From positions 864,001-928,000 of the forward strand of contig OZ241917.1 in NCBI GenBank assembly GCA_965203805.1: a DNA stretch of 64,000 bases. Reading direction: 5' to 3'. Both the position numbers and the translations under genes were made by a program. The DNA is from Candidatus Latescibacterota bacterium. GTDB taxonomy: Bacteria > Latescibacterota > UBA2968 > GCA-2709665. This document shows positions 7,675 to 17,642 of the stretch, piece by piece. Every line of letters starts with the position of its first letter. Positions within the stretch are counted from its first letter, which is position 1. Under the pieces are notes generated by a model, which did no database searches, was not told the DNA's origin, and worked only from the letters and a program-made list of their open reading frames with translations.

Positions 7675-8868
7675 TCAGTCGCCACCCAACTCCATGCCCC
7701 CCGGCATCCCCCCCGCCCGGCGTTGCGAGCCCGGGCGAAAGTCGGGGACCTTCAGGGGCGTGCTCCCCGCCTCGATCGAATCGTGCGCTCTGATTGCGGG
7801 CGCGATGGTGTCCATGGCCGTGTACACGTCCAGGGGAAGCGGCTTTCCCTCCCGCACGGCGTCTCTGAAGTGAAGGTGAACGTAATAGTCGGCGTCGCCG
7901 TGGCCGCTGCCCCGGGACCCTGAAGGGGCATCCCTGCGCTGGTACTGCCAGTCCACCTCCGCCCAATCGTTCATCTGAGTATCGGCAAGCCACATCTTCG
8001 GCTTCTCGTCGAGCGACCGGCGCCACTCGATACCGCCCTCGGTGCCGATGAACTGCCACCAGTGGTGGTCGCCTTGCGGCCTGGGCTGGGTAAACCCGCA
8101 CAGCATCCGGATCACTGTGTCCTTCTCCGTCTTCATCAACGCGACCTGTATGTCCGGACGAGAGATCTCAGGGAAGGCGTAGCTGGGCTCGTTCGTGCTC
8201 ATTCCCACCACCTCGACGACCCGATCGTCGAGCACATTCAGAACCACACTCATATCGTGAGAACCGATGCCGCCGATGATTGTGGGTAGCGTGTGCAGCA
8301 CCGTCGGTTCGGCCTCGGGATGATCGGGCAGCGATTCGATGGGATACTGCTTACCCGTCTTGAAATCCTGGAAATACTGATGCGTGCCGTACCACCCCAC
8401 GTACTGGCCCTCGGCGTAGGTAATCCTGCCCAGCCGTCCCTGTCCTACGAGTTGCCGCCAGCCCTCCACAACCCCCCAGTACCGCGTCTGCTCGGCCAGG
8501 CTGTATACCAGCCCCGTCCGCTCCACGTTGGTGACGATTCGCCAACAGTCCGACATCGCGTACGCCGCGGGCACCTCGGAGTTCACGTGTTTTCCCGCCT
8601 CCAGCGCCCGCGCGGCCATCTCCCCGACTTCCTTCTGCCTCACACACAGACCCACCGCATCCGTCCCGTCGAACGCGAGGAAATCCTCATAATCGGAGAA
8701 CACGTTCACATCATCGCCGTCGCGGATGTGTCCCAGCGCACGCTCCTGCAGGGGTTCGATCCAGTCATAGATCGCCGTAATCCGGTACCCCGGGATCTCC
8801 TGCAACAGTCGAATCCAGTTCAGGGCGCGGTGGCCCAGCCCGGCGATCCCGATTCGCACGTTGTCCAT
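7675..8868 (-). CDS. Gfo/Idh/MocA-family oxidoreductase
   Basis: RIGIAGLGHR Rossmann motif; ALEAGKHVNSEVP. Confidence 0.9.
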   Translation of the reverse strand: MDNVRIGIAGLGHRALNWIRLLQEIPGYRITAIYDWIEPLQERALGHIRDGDDVNVFSDYEDFLAFDGTDAVGLCVRQKEVGEMAARALEAGKHVNSEVPAAYAMSDCWRIVTNVERTGLVYSLAEQTRYWGVVEGWRQLVGQGRLGRITYAEGQYVGWYGTHQYFQDFKTGKQYPIESLPDHPEAEPTVLHTLPTIIGGIGSHDMSVVLNVLDDRVVEVVGMSTNEPSYAFPEISRPDIQVALMKTEKDTVIRMLCGFTQPRPQGDHHWWQFIGTEGGIEWRRSLDEKPKMWLADTQMNDWAEVDWQYQRRDAPSGSRGSGHGDADYYVHLHFRDAVREGKPLPLDVYTAMDTIAPAIRAHDSIEAGSTPLKVPDFRPGSQRRAGGMPGGMELGGD

Positions 8869-8879
8869 TTCGAGAATCC

Positions 8880-9956
8880 TTACACTGAACCGGAAACCCG
8901 AACCGGGCCGACGAACAGATCGTCCGGCAGCAGGCTCGAGGTCACGACTGAATGGGGGTGGTTGAAGCCATCGGTGGTGACCTGGGCCATTGCCGTGTAA
9001 TGCGTGCTTTCTCCGCTCACGCCGCAGCGATTTCCGCCGCTGTGCCCTCTGAGCCATTTGGGATCGACCAATAGCTCGCCCTTCCACTTCCCCCGCGTCG
9101 CCAGCAGATGCCCGAAACGAGCGATATCCGAGGGGCTCATCACGACCCACCCCGGACCGCTTCGCACCACGTGACCGTTGATTTCATAGGGCGGATCGAG
9201 ATAGGTATAGGAATCCGGTATGTCGGGATAAAAGTACTTGTTTTCACTCACCGTACGGCCGGTGTACCAGTCCCACCGCCCGGCAGGAATCCCGATCTTG
9301 CCGAACAGCCGCTCGTCCAGCAGGTCTTTCAGGTCGCGGTCCCAGACGAACGTCAGCGCCTGGCCCAGCCGCCAGAATCCGGCGCTGCTGTAGCGTTCTT
9401 TCGTGCCCGGCTTCACGTGCGAATAGAGGTCATAAAACGGATCGCCGGTCCAAGTTGCCCACTCGGGGCGCCCTTCGCGTCCCTGCGCCCATGCGCTTCC
9501 CAATTCCATGGGAAACCCTCCCAGATGCGCGCTGCGGTCCTTCGCTCCGATGAGGTGGCGCCAGGTGAGCGTCCGGTGGTGTCCGCGGTTCAGATATTTG
9601 TGTGGATGCGATAGCTCCCCCTCTCCCGTCCAGGTCCTGTGGATCGGCTCATCAGGATCCAGTATCCCGTCTTCCACGGCATACCCGATCAGCACCCACA
9701 TGAACGCCTTGCCCATCGACGCCGTCTGAAACCGGTAGTGCCGGTCGCCCCAGACATGCACGAGGTAGCCTCCGCGCGTGAGGACCGTGCCCCACTTGTC
9801 ACCGGTATGATCCTCGCCGCCGAACGACGCGCCCTTGATGTTCAGTCCCGACAGAAAGCGTTCGAACGCTTCGGCGTCCAATCCGGCGTCGGCCGGCGTG
9901 ATCGTGATCCAGTCATCGGCGGGATAGGTTACCCAATCCGGGATCTCGTGTTTCAC
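8880..9956 (-). CDS. Serine hydrolase / beta-lactamase-like protein
   Basis: SxxK (SMGK), YSS, and SPSDIARFGHL...G.W.G motif. Confidence 0.82.
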   Translation of the reverse strand: MKHEIPDWVTYPADDWITITPADAGLDAEAFERFLSGLNIKGASFGGEDHTGDKWGTVLTRGGYLVHVWGDRHYRFQTASMGKAFMWVLIGYAVEDGILDPDEPIHRTWTGEGELSHPHKYLNRGHHRTLTWRHLIGAKDRSAHLGGFPMELGSAWAQGREGRPEWATWTGDPFYDLYSHVKPGTKERYSSAGFWRLGQALTFVWDRDLKDLLDERLFGKIGIPAGRWDWYTGRTVSENKYFYPDIPDSYTYLDPPYEINGHVVRSGPGWVVMSPSDIARFGHLLATRGKWKGELLVDPKWLRGHSGGNRCGVSGESTHYTAMAQVTTDGFNHPHSVVTSSLLPDDLFVGPVRVSGSV

Positions 9957-9990
9957 GATGCGGTTCCTTCCGACAGAAAGATCGCGAGGC

Positions 9991-10087
9991 GGGCAGACAG
10001 GAATGTCCGCCTGCCTGCGCAGCGAACTGCCTGCCTGTGCGTGTACGCCTGCCTGCGCAGTGCCCTGCGCTGCAGGCAGGCCCCACC
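9991..10087. repeat. REP-like palindrome interrupted by nested GCCTGCCTG elements
   Basis: GGGCAGACAGGAATGTCCGCC...CCCACC split by three GCCTGCCTG and one CAGGCAGGC. Confidence 0.7.
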
Positions 10088-10123
10088 CTCAAACTTGCTA
10101 CCGTGTACACGTCATTTCCACCA

Positions 10124-10166
10124 ACAAAAACGGCCATTCAAACGTGAAAGTTAAATGGCCATTGTC
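10124..10166 (-). terminator. Intrinsic terminator after tRNA-Gly
   Basis: GGCCATT stem followed by TTTTTGT on the minus strand. Confidence 0.6.
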
Positions 10167-10189
10167 CGGGCAGCAAAAGTGGAATTTTA

Positions 10190-10265
10190 TGGAGCGGGAA
10201 ACGGGACTCGAACCCGCGACTTCAAGCTTGGGAAGCTTGCGCTCTACCAGCTGAGCTATTCCCGC
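10190..10265 (-). tRNA. tRNA-Gly(CCC)
   Basis: GCGGGAATAGCTCAGCTGGTAGAGC...CCC anticodon...GTTCGAGTCCCGTTTCCCGCTCCA; promoter TTGACA-17-TAGATT at 10281-10309. Confidence 0.97.
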
Positions 10266-10295
10266 CCCCGTTAATCGTGAAATCTACCAACTCCC

Positions 10296-11237
10296 TCAGA
10301 GGGTGTCAAGAATTTTGAGAATGGCGTCGGGCGCGCCGTCTTCGTTTGCATCGATCCACGTCAGCCGGCGGTCCTTGCGAAACCACGTGAGCTGTCGTTT
10401 GGCGTACCGCCTGGTACCCATCTTGATTTGCGCCGCGGTTTCTGCCAGGTCCAGTTTCCCGTCCAGATAGTCGAACACCTCGCGGTATCCGAACGTATTG
10501 AGCGCGTTGAGTTCCGGACCGTAACCGCGGCCCTGCAGTTCACGGACTTCGTCGACGAGCCCGGAATTGAACATCGCGTCGACCCGTTCTTCGATCCTCC
10601 GGTACAGTAAGGACCTGTCCATCTTCAGTCCGAACCGCGCCACGCACCAGTTTCTCCCGGTTGGCGGGGGCTGCTCGTGAAGCACCGAGAGCGGCGTTCC
10701 CGTCAGCTCGAGAACTTCAAGCGCGCGCACGATACGTTTGGTATCGTTGGCGTGCAGGCGTTCGGCCGTTCGCGGGTCGACGCCGCGCAACCGGGCGTAG
10801 ATTCCGGCCGGATCTTCGTCCGCTTCGGCCATCAGACGCCTCCGGACCGCGCGCGGCGTGCGCGGCAGCGGCGAAAAACCGTCGAGGACCGCCTTCAGAT
10901 AAAGGCCCGACCCCCCCACGAGGACGGGGATCCGGTTTCGATCCAGAATCGACTCGATTGCCTCGCAAGCGTCGCTGGCAAAATGCCCGGCGCTAAAGTC
11001 TTCGTCGGGGTTCACCACGTCGATCATGTGGTGTTTCGCAAGGGCACGCTCTTCCACCGTGGGTTTGGCCGTACCGATGTCCATATGCCGGTAGACCTGG
11101 CGTGCGTCCGCGGAGACCACTTCACCGCCGATCGCCCTCGCCAGGGCGATGCCAACCCGGGTCTTGCCGGATGCGGTGGGGCCCACGAGCGCCAGTATTC
11201 GGCGGCGCCTATCTGCTGAATTGCCGGTCGATTTCAT
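10296..11237 (-). CDS. miaA: tRNA dimethylallyltransferase
   Basis: GPTASGKT, DIGTAKP, VGGSGLY, YAKRQLTWF. Confidence 0.97.
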   Translation of the reverse strand: MKSTGNSADRRRRILALVGPTASGKTRVGIALARAIGGEVVSADARQVYRHMDIGTAKPTVEERALAKHHMIDVVNPDEDFSAGHFASDACEAIESILDRNRIPVLVGGSGLYLKAVLDGFSPLPRTPRAVRRRLMAEADEDPAGIYARLRGVDPRTAERLHANDTKRIVRALEVLELTGTPLSVLHEQPPPTGRNWCVARFGLKMDRSLLYRRIEERVDAMFNSGLVDEVRELQGRGYGPELNALNTFGYREVFDYLDGKLDLAETAAQIKMGTRRYAKRQLTWFRKDRRLTWIDANEDGAPDAILKILDTL

Positions 11238-13041
11238 CGAGGGACATCTTCACCACGGTGGGTTTTCCGTTCGGGCAGACAAACGGTTCCCTGGTGGCGA
11301 ACAGCCGATCGATCAGCGCACGCATCTCCCTGGAAGAGAGTCGCTCTCCCGTTCGGATGGCCGTGTGCCGGGCGTAGGCGGCCGCCAATCGATGCTCGAG
11401 CGGAGACACAACGTCCCGGCGCCCCGCGGGGACCGAAGACCGGAACTCCGCGTCGGTCAGATCGTCCACAATCTCCTGAAGAAGCCGACCGTCTTCCCAT
11501 GCCTTGAGCTCCACCGGAATGGCATCCACAACCACGGTATTCCCGCCGAAATCCCGTACGCCGAAACCCATGGCTTCAAGCAGCGGCATCGCCTCCCGCA
11601 CGGCATGAATCTGAGCCAGACCGAAGTCAAGCGTGACCGGAAACAGGAGTCGCTGGCCCAGTCCGGCGTTTGCTTCGAAGGAATTCAGCGTCTGTTCGTA
11701 GATCATCCGCTGGTGAGCCAGGTGCTGATCGACGATAATCAGGCCGTTCTTGATATGTGCAAGGATATATTTGTCGTGTACCTGCCAGACCGAGACCTGA
11801 TCGACGGTTCCATCGTCCGTCAGGTCGGCGCCGTCTTCTCCGGCCGCGCGTTCATCGCTTCCCTCCTCCGTTTTCCTTACGGTCAGGGAAAGCGCCATCT
11901 GCACGTCTTCAAGACCCAGAGGATCCGGAAGATAGGCCTCCCGCTCCGCGGGCGCATCAGCGACGCGTCCTGCCGGTTCCGGTGCCGCGGACGATGAGCC
12001 GTTTGTCAGAATCGCGGACGAAGCGAATCCGCTGTCCACCTCCGGCACCAGGTCTTCCTCCCTCAATCCCGCACGCACGACTTCCGAAACCGCTTCGTAG
12101 ACCATTGACTCGTCCGCAAAACGCACCTCGCGTTTGGTCGGATGCACATTGACATCGAGTCGGGAAGGATCCAGCTCAAGGAGCAGCGCAAAGGCGGGAT
12201 GGAAGCCCTTCACGAGCAATCCACCAAAGCCGTCGTGCACGGCGTGCGCCACCGACCGATCGCGCACCCACCGCCCGTTGACCACCGTTGCCTGCTGGGC
12301 GCCCGACTTCCGCGCCAGTTCCGGTCTCCCGGCGAACCCCCAAACCCGAATCCCATGCCGCTCACCGTCCAGGAAAACGGCGTCGCGGCCCATTTGAACC
12401 CCGAATACAGCCTCAAGACGATCCTGGCGTTCCGCCCGTACCAGGTTCAGGATTTCACGCCCGTTGTGAGAAAGTACGAATGCAACGGATGGATACGCCA
12501 GTGCCAGGCCCGTCAGAGCGTTCGCCACGTGTTTGAATTCGGTGTCAGCGCCTTTCAGGAACTTCCGTCTTGCCGGTACATTGAAAAACAGGCCGTGAAC
12601 GGCGACGGTTGTTCCCCGGTCGCGGCCTGTGGACGCGACGTCGCGCACCCGTCCGCTTTCCACGCGGACAAGCGTCCCCTGAAGTTCCTCTCCATGGCGC
12701 GTCTCGATTGCCATTCGGGACACGGCCGCGATACTTGGGAGGGCCTCACCGCGAAACCCCAGCGTACGCAGCGCGCGCAAATCGGAGAGATCCGAGATCT
12801 TGCTCGTCGCGTGCCGTTCCAGGGCAAGCAACGCGTCGTCGGGCGACATCCCGCACCCGTTGTCGCTGACCCGTATGGACTCCTTCCCGCCGCCGGCCAC
12901 TTCAACCACAACTCGGTCCGCGCCCGCGTCGATGGCGTTTTCCACCAGTTCCTTCACCACGGAGCCCGGTCGCTCCACGGCTTCACCCGCGGCGATCCGA
13001 TTGGCGATTTCGTCGGATAGAACTCGAATCCGGTTGGGCAT
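11209..13041 (-). CDS. mutL: DNA mismatch repair protein MutL
   Basis: NRIAAGE, ENAIDAGA, GFRGEAL, DVNVHPTK, DQHLAHQR, CPNGKP. Confidence 0.96.
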   Translation of the reverse strand: MPNRIRVLSDEIANRIAAGEAVERPGSVVKELVENAIDAGADRVVVEVAGGGKESIRVSDNGCGMSPDDALLALERHATSKISDLSDLRALRTLGFRGEALPSIAAVSRMAIETRHGEELQGTLVRVESGRVRDVASTGRDRGTTVAVHGLFFNVPARRKFLKGADTEFKHVANALTGLALAYPSVAFVLSHNGREILNLVRAERQDRLEAVFGVQMGRDAVFLDGERHGIRVWGFAGRPELARKSGAQQATVVNGRWVRDRSVAHAVHDGFGGLLVKGFHPAFALLLELDPSRLDVNVHPTKREVRFADESMVYEAVSEVVRAGLREEDLVPEVDSGFASSAILTNGSSSAAPEPAGRVADAPAEREAYLPDPLGLEDVQMALSLTVRKTEEGSDERAAGEDGADLTDDGTVDQVSVWQVHDKYILAHIKNGLIIVDQHLAHQRMIYEQTLNSFEANAGLGQRLLFPVTLDFGLAQIHAVREAMPLLEAMGFGVRDFGGNTVVVDAIPVELKAWEDGRLLQEIVDDLTDAEFRSSVPAGRRDVVSPLEHRLAAAYARHTAIRTGERLSSREMRALIDRLFATREPFVCPNGKPTVVKMSLDEIDRQFSR

Positions 13042-13156
13042 GCCGAGATGTCTGCCTTTGCGCATTGCCTGCGAAGATATGAGCTGACTCGGTTCAGAAC
13101 CGCGTTCGCCGCGCCCCGGAATCCCGGTAGACAGGAGCGCGAAACCCCCGGCCTGC

Positions 13157-14557
13157 TCAGGATTCCGCATGCGGGACCCTGTCCCGGCTTCCGATGAGAC
13201 CCTGGCGCTTCAGACGGTCCAGGGTGCGATCGAACGCGTGGACAACGTGATCCAGATCTGCTTCGGTATGCACGGATGCCGTTAGTCCGACCAATCCGTT
13301 CAGATCGACGCCTTCCAGTTGCATCGCGGCGCGGAAAGCATCCCGCAATGCCGGATCGGGCCTCTTCAGCCTGCGGTAGTCGTAAGTCCCCCCCATGATC
13401 GCTTCCAGGCTCTGCGCTGCCGGTCCACTTTCGGGCAGGAACTTTACGCCCGAGAAATCACCGTAGACAACCCAGTCCACACCGTGGTCCGCAATGACGC
13501 CGTTGAGGCGTTTGCGCAGGAATTCGCCGTTCCGATTTGCCCGTGCGACATGGGTCCCGTCTTCAATGGCCTTCAGCGTGGCAATTCCGGCTGCGGCGGA
13601 AACGGGATTCGCGTTGAAGGTGCCCTGGTGGGGCATTTTCCGACATGTGTCCCACTCGCGGTCTCCCCGGAACGCCAGCAGGTCCATGATATCCCGCCTG
13701 CCTGCCAGGCAGCCTCCCGGGAGGCCGCCCGCCAGGATTTTCGCCAGCGAGGTGAGATCGGGCTTGACGTTGTAGTGGGCCTGAGCGCCGCCAGGCGCGC
13801 ATCGAAAGCCGGTAATGACTTCGTCGAATATCAGGAGCACGTCGTGCCGCAGGGTAACCCGCCGCAATTCATCCAGAAAACCCGGCCGGTTGGGCACGAC
13901 GCCGAACTGGGCGCCGGTAGGCTCCAGAATGACACAGGCAATGTCGTCATCCCGGTCCAGAATCTCCTCCACCCGATCGATCCGGTTCGGTGGACACAGG
14001 CAAACCGTATCCGCGACTTCGCGAAGAACGCCGGCGGGCACAGGTTCGTCGAAATGCGGCAGCACACCCACGATTAGGTTGTCGTGCCAGCCGTGGAAGT
14101 GGCCGAAGAACTTGAGCACCTTTCGCTTTCCGGTAAACGTCCGGGCAAGTCGGAGCGCCATCAGCGTCGCCTCCGTGCCTGAACTTGTAAATCGGACGCG
14201 TTCGGCGGAAGGAATCAGTTTGAGGACCCATTCGCCCCATTCCACCTCCAGTTCGTGACCCGCGCCATAGTGCGTGCCGCGCGCCACCTGTTCCGAAACG
14301 GCCGCCACCATCTCCGGATAACAGTGACCCAGCATCAGCGCCCCGTGTCCCATCCAGAGGTCCACGTATTCCCGGCCGTCCACGTCCCACTTGCGGCCGG
14401 CCTTGGCGCGACTGGCGTAAACCGGAAATGGCGCATAGTAGCGCAGGTCGTGGGTGACGCCCCCCGGGAAAATCCGTGACGCTCTTTCGTACAGCGCATG
14501 GGAGCGGTCGAGCGTTTCCCGGAACTCCCCGTTTATTCCTTTAATTATTTCATCCAC
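13157..14557 (-). CDS. Class III aminotransferase (HemL-like)
   Basis: SGTEA, FHGWHD, FDEVITGFR, PLP lysine in LAKILAGG. Confidence 0.9.
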   Translation of the reverse strand: MDEIIKGINGEFRETLDRSHALYERASRIFPGGVTHDLRYYAPFPVYASRAKAGRKWDVDGREYVDLWMGHGALMLGHCYPEMVAAVSEQVARGTHYGAGHELEVEWGEWVLKLIPSAERVRFTSSGTEATLMALRLARTFTGKRKVLKFFGHFHGWHDNLIVGVLPHFDEPVPAGVLREVADTVCLCPPNRIDRVEEILDRDDDIACVILEPTGAQFGVVPNRPGFLDELRRVTLRHDVLLIFDEVITGFRCAPGGAQAHYNVKPDLTSLAKILAGGLPGGCLAGRRDIMDLLAFRGDREWDTCRKMPHQGTFNANPVSAAAGIATLKAIEDGTHVARANRNGEFLRKRLNGVIADHGVDWVVYGDFSGVKFLPESGPAAQSLEAIMGGTYDYRRLKRPDPALRDAFRAAMQLEGVDLNGLVGLTASVHTEADLDHVVHAFDRTLDRLKRQGLIGSRDRVPHAES

Positions 14558-14679
14558 AGTTATTTATCTCTTTAATTTAATGTGAATATTCAATGGCGTT
14601 CCGACACGATTCACGGACGCTGGCCGCGGATTGGAAAAATAATGAACGGAGAGAAAAAAGCAACCGGCAAAAAACGTTG

Positions 14680-16740
14680 TCAAGCCCGCGCCGGCAACGG
14701 GTAAATAAACGTCCGGTCGGCGTCGACGCCGGAGAGATCCCGGGAAACGTCCGACAGGATCCAGAGATGTCGTTCGGACCCGGCGTGCACAAGATATCCT
14801 CGGGCACGGTCCGGTCCTTCCCACGCCAGCGGATCGACGCGACTCACCGAAGGGTCCGCGTCCCAGTGATGTATAAGCGTGACAAAGGTTGCTTCGCGGG
14901 AAATCCGGCGGCGGATGAGCAGATCGCCGGTCTCCGTCGCGGGTTGGAGGGGCGCTTTTCCAAGGATGATTCGTGTGCCCTTTTCTTCGGGCAGGAATGC
15001 CCCCACCCCGCCCCCTGGCAGGCCCCAGGCCAGGGAAACCACGTCCTCGGGTACGAGTTCAATCGGGTGTCGGGCGTGGGCATATCCGTCGCCGGAAAGC
15101 GCGACGGTTCCGCGACGCGAAAGTCCGGCGTGCCTCCGCCGTTCGTCCGGGTATCTGCACACCCAGTCCAGCTGGCACTCCTGCGGCGCCGTCACGAGGA
15201 ACACATCCCAGAAGTATGAATCCGTCCACAGAATCACCCGGCGCATGGCAACCCCCGAATAGGGGCCTTTCTCCCATGAAACTCCGGCATCGGCCACTTG
15301 GAAGCCGCCCTTGCGTTCTGAATCGAAGTTCACCAGACGCCCTTCCGCCGGAGGCTGAGAGCGTCCGTTGACCGTTACGGTGTTGTGGCTGAGTGTCTGC
15401 CGGTACCAGCTTTCATTCATGCCAACGCCATAACCGGGCGTGCCCAGATCCGTCGCAACCGTATATCCCCGTGCGTAGAACGAAATCGACAGTTTGTCGG
15501 GATGTCCGTGTCCGCCGCCGTGGGGGCCGTACTTCATCAGCAAGCAGCTCTGCCGATGATGGGCGTCCCTGGACCTCAGGATGGCCATTCCGGTCGGCTT
15601 CAGAACGGTGCTGTCAAGGCCGAGCCCGCCATCCGGATCGGGCAGATCCAACCCATAAAGAAGCGCTTCCACGGCCGTTCGGGGATGGCCCGAATAATTG
15701 CGTTGGAGAATCCGGGCGAAATCCGGGTCCCCGTACCACCCGTACGCCACTTCGTAAAAGGACTCCGCCGGCGGCACGCCGTGGCAGACGTCCGACAGCA
15801 AGGATGAAAAATACCAGCAGTCGTTCGTGGCGGGCAGCCTGAAATCGGGAAACGTCAGCGACACCGGCGCACGGAACATCGCCCTCAGCCGGTCGTCGTC
15901 TTGAAGGTCCGTGCCGATGTTCTCTGAAACCTGAACGTGAGCAATCAACGCGGCAAGGGTATAGAAGTGGTAACTGGAGGATCCCTCCCACCACATACCG
16001 TCGTCCAGAACACCTTCCCGCAGCTGGTGTCGGAAGCCGAACCTCTCGTCCAGGGCCGCCTTCTGCAACCCCGCGTCGTCCAGGCAGATCCCAACCGCCG
16101 CGAGTGCGGCATTGTGCCAGCATTCGATATTGTGTATGCGGTGGAATTTCTGGCCCTGTATATGCTCCGCCGCAAGTGTGAGCAGGTTCGTTTCGATCAG
16201 CGTCCGCTCGCGGGCGTTCAGGGTCTCCCGGACCAGGTCGTAGGCTCTTGTAACGGGAATCAACCACACCGCCTCGTCGAGTGAGTGATTCGCCACCTTG
16301 CCCCAGCCGTACGGCAGTTCCCGCTCGATCGGATACCCCGGATAACGCTCAGCGTAGGCCAGCAGGATCTCTCTGCATCTTTTCAGATATACACGGTTCG
16401 CATCCAATCGCCACAGGAGCGCGAGACGGTATGCCATTTCGGACAGTCTGTTATTGACGAACCATCGCCACGCGGAATCGTACGGCTCGCCCGAAAAAAC
16501 ACGCCCGTCCCTCGGACATCGATGGGCGTTCGGCGAATTTGCGTCGAACGCAAGCTCTACGGCGTGGTCCGGACAGAAGTAGTTGTGATAATAACCAGCC
16601 GGGCGGTCCTGAGGCTGCATCTCTTCGGAAAGGAAGGCATTCGCCTCGTTCTCAAGGCGACGGTAGGCATTCAGGAATGCGGGATGGGTCCGCCGTTCCC
16701 TCGCCGTTGCAAGGCGACTGCCGGGTATCAGTCTTGTCAT
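14680..16740 (-). CDS. Heparinase II/III / oligoalginate lyase-like protein
   Basis: HNIECW, DDGMWWEGSSSYHFY, HGGGHGHPDKL, SHNTVTV. Confidence 0.85.
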   Translation of the reverse strand: MTRLIPGSRLATARERRTHPAFLNAYRRLENEANAFLSEEMQPQDRPAGYYHNYFCPDHAVELAFDANSPNAHRCPRDGRVFSGEPYDSAWRWFVNNRLSEMAYRLALLWRLDANRVYLKRCREILLAYAERYPGYPIERELPYGWGKVANHSLDEAVWLIPVTRAYDLVRETLNARERTLIETNLLTLAAEHIQGQKFHRIHNIECWHNAALAAVGICLDDAGLQKAALDERFGFRHQLREGVLDDGMWWEGSSSYHFYTLAALIAHVQVSENIGTDLQDDDRLRAMFRAPVSLTFPDFRLPATNDCWYFSSLLSDVCHGVPPAESFYEVAYGWYGDPDFARILQRNYSGHPRTAVEALLYGLDLPDPDGGLGLDSTVLKPTGMAILRSRDAHHRQSCLLMKYGPHGGGHGHPDKLSISFYARGYTVATDLGTPGYGVGMNESWYRQTLSHNTVTVNGRSQPPAEGRLVNFDSERKGGFQVADAGVSWEKGPYSGVAMRRVILWTDSYFWDVFLVTAPQECQLDWVCRYPDERRRHAGLSRRGTVALSGDGYAHARHPIELVPEDVVSLAWGLPGGGVGAFLPEEKGTRIILGKAPLQPATETGDLLIRRRISREATFVTLIHHWDADPSVSRVDPLAWEGPDRARGYLVHAGSERHLWILSDVSRDLSGVDADRTFIYPLPARA

Positions 16741-16908
16741 GTGTGATCCACCCTGACGATGGCCGGTTGTCCGATTGGCTTCCGCACCCTATCTTGGGAA
16801 ACCAGGGCCGGTCGTGCAGCCGAAGACGCTCAGTAAGGCCTACGGCTTCCGGTTTCCGAATTCGACGTGCAATCCATCCGTGCAGTTGCTTTCAACCGCG
16901 GTCATTCC

Positions 16909-17508
16909 ATGGTAGACCCACAACCTGAAATTCTAATACCGGCCACGGAAATACAGAAGAGGGTCCGCCACCTCGGCGCCCGGATATCGTCGGACTTCCG
17001 CTCTGACCACGCCGCCTGTCCGGAGAGCCCGGGAGCGCGGAACCCACGTCACGCAGAAGAGCCACTGCGACCGCTCATCCTGACGGGCGTTTTCAAAGGC
17101 GCCCTTTTCTTTCTTGCCGATCTGGCAAGGGAATTAACCGTTCCAGTCGAGATCGAATGTATGTCGGTGACCAGTTATGGGAAAGCGACGCGGAGTTCCG
17201 GCGTCGTCCGGATCCTGAAGGATCTCGATCAGGACATCTCCGGCGCGGACGTACTCCTCGTGGAAGACATTGTGGATACCGGCCTCACGCTGGAGTACCT
17301 GTTGCGCATTCTGGATACGAGGCGCCCCCGAAGCCTGAAGGTCTGCTGTCTGCTGAATAAATCCGCCCGTCGAATCGCGAATGTGCCCATCGACTATACG
17401 GGATTCTCCATCCCGGACGAGTTTGTCGTGGGCTATGGCCTGGACTACGACCAGCGATACCGAAATCTCCCCCACATCGCGGTGTTGAAGAATCTTGAAA
17501 CGCCGTAG
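16909..17508 (+). CDS. hpt: Hypoxanthine phosphoribosyltransferase
   Basis: VLLVEDIVDTGLTL, FVVGYGLDY. Confidence 0.95.
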   Translation: MVDPQPEILIPATEIQKRVRHLGARISSDFRSDHAACPESPGARNPRHAEEPLRPLILTGVFKGALFFLADLARELTVPVEIECMSVTSYGKATRSSGVVRILKDLDQDISGADVLLVEDIVDTGLTLEYLLRILDTRRPRSLKVCCLLNKSARRIANVPIDYTGFSIPDEFVVGYGLDYDQRYRNLPHIAVLKNLETP

Positions 17509-17642
17509 CGACGGCTCTCCCCGATGCCCCGGACGGAAACCGTACACGGGTGTCCCTTCCGAGTTGCTTCGCTGCCTGAACGTGGTCATTGCGTGCGTTG
17601 AGCTTGTCGAAGAACCCGAGACGGGCGACTCGTCGGCCGAAT

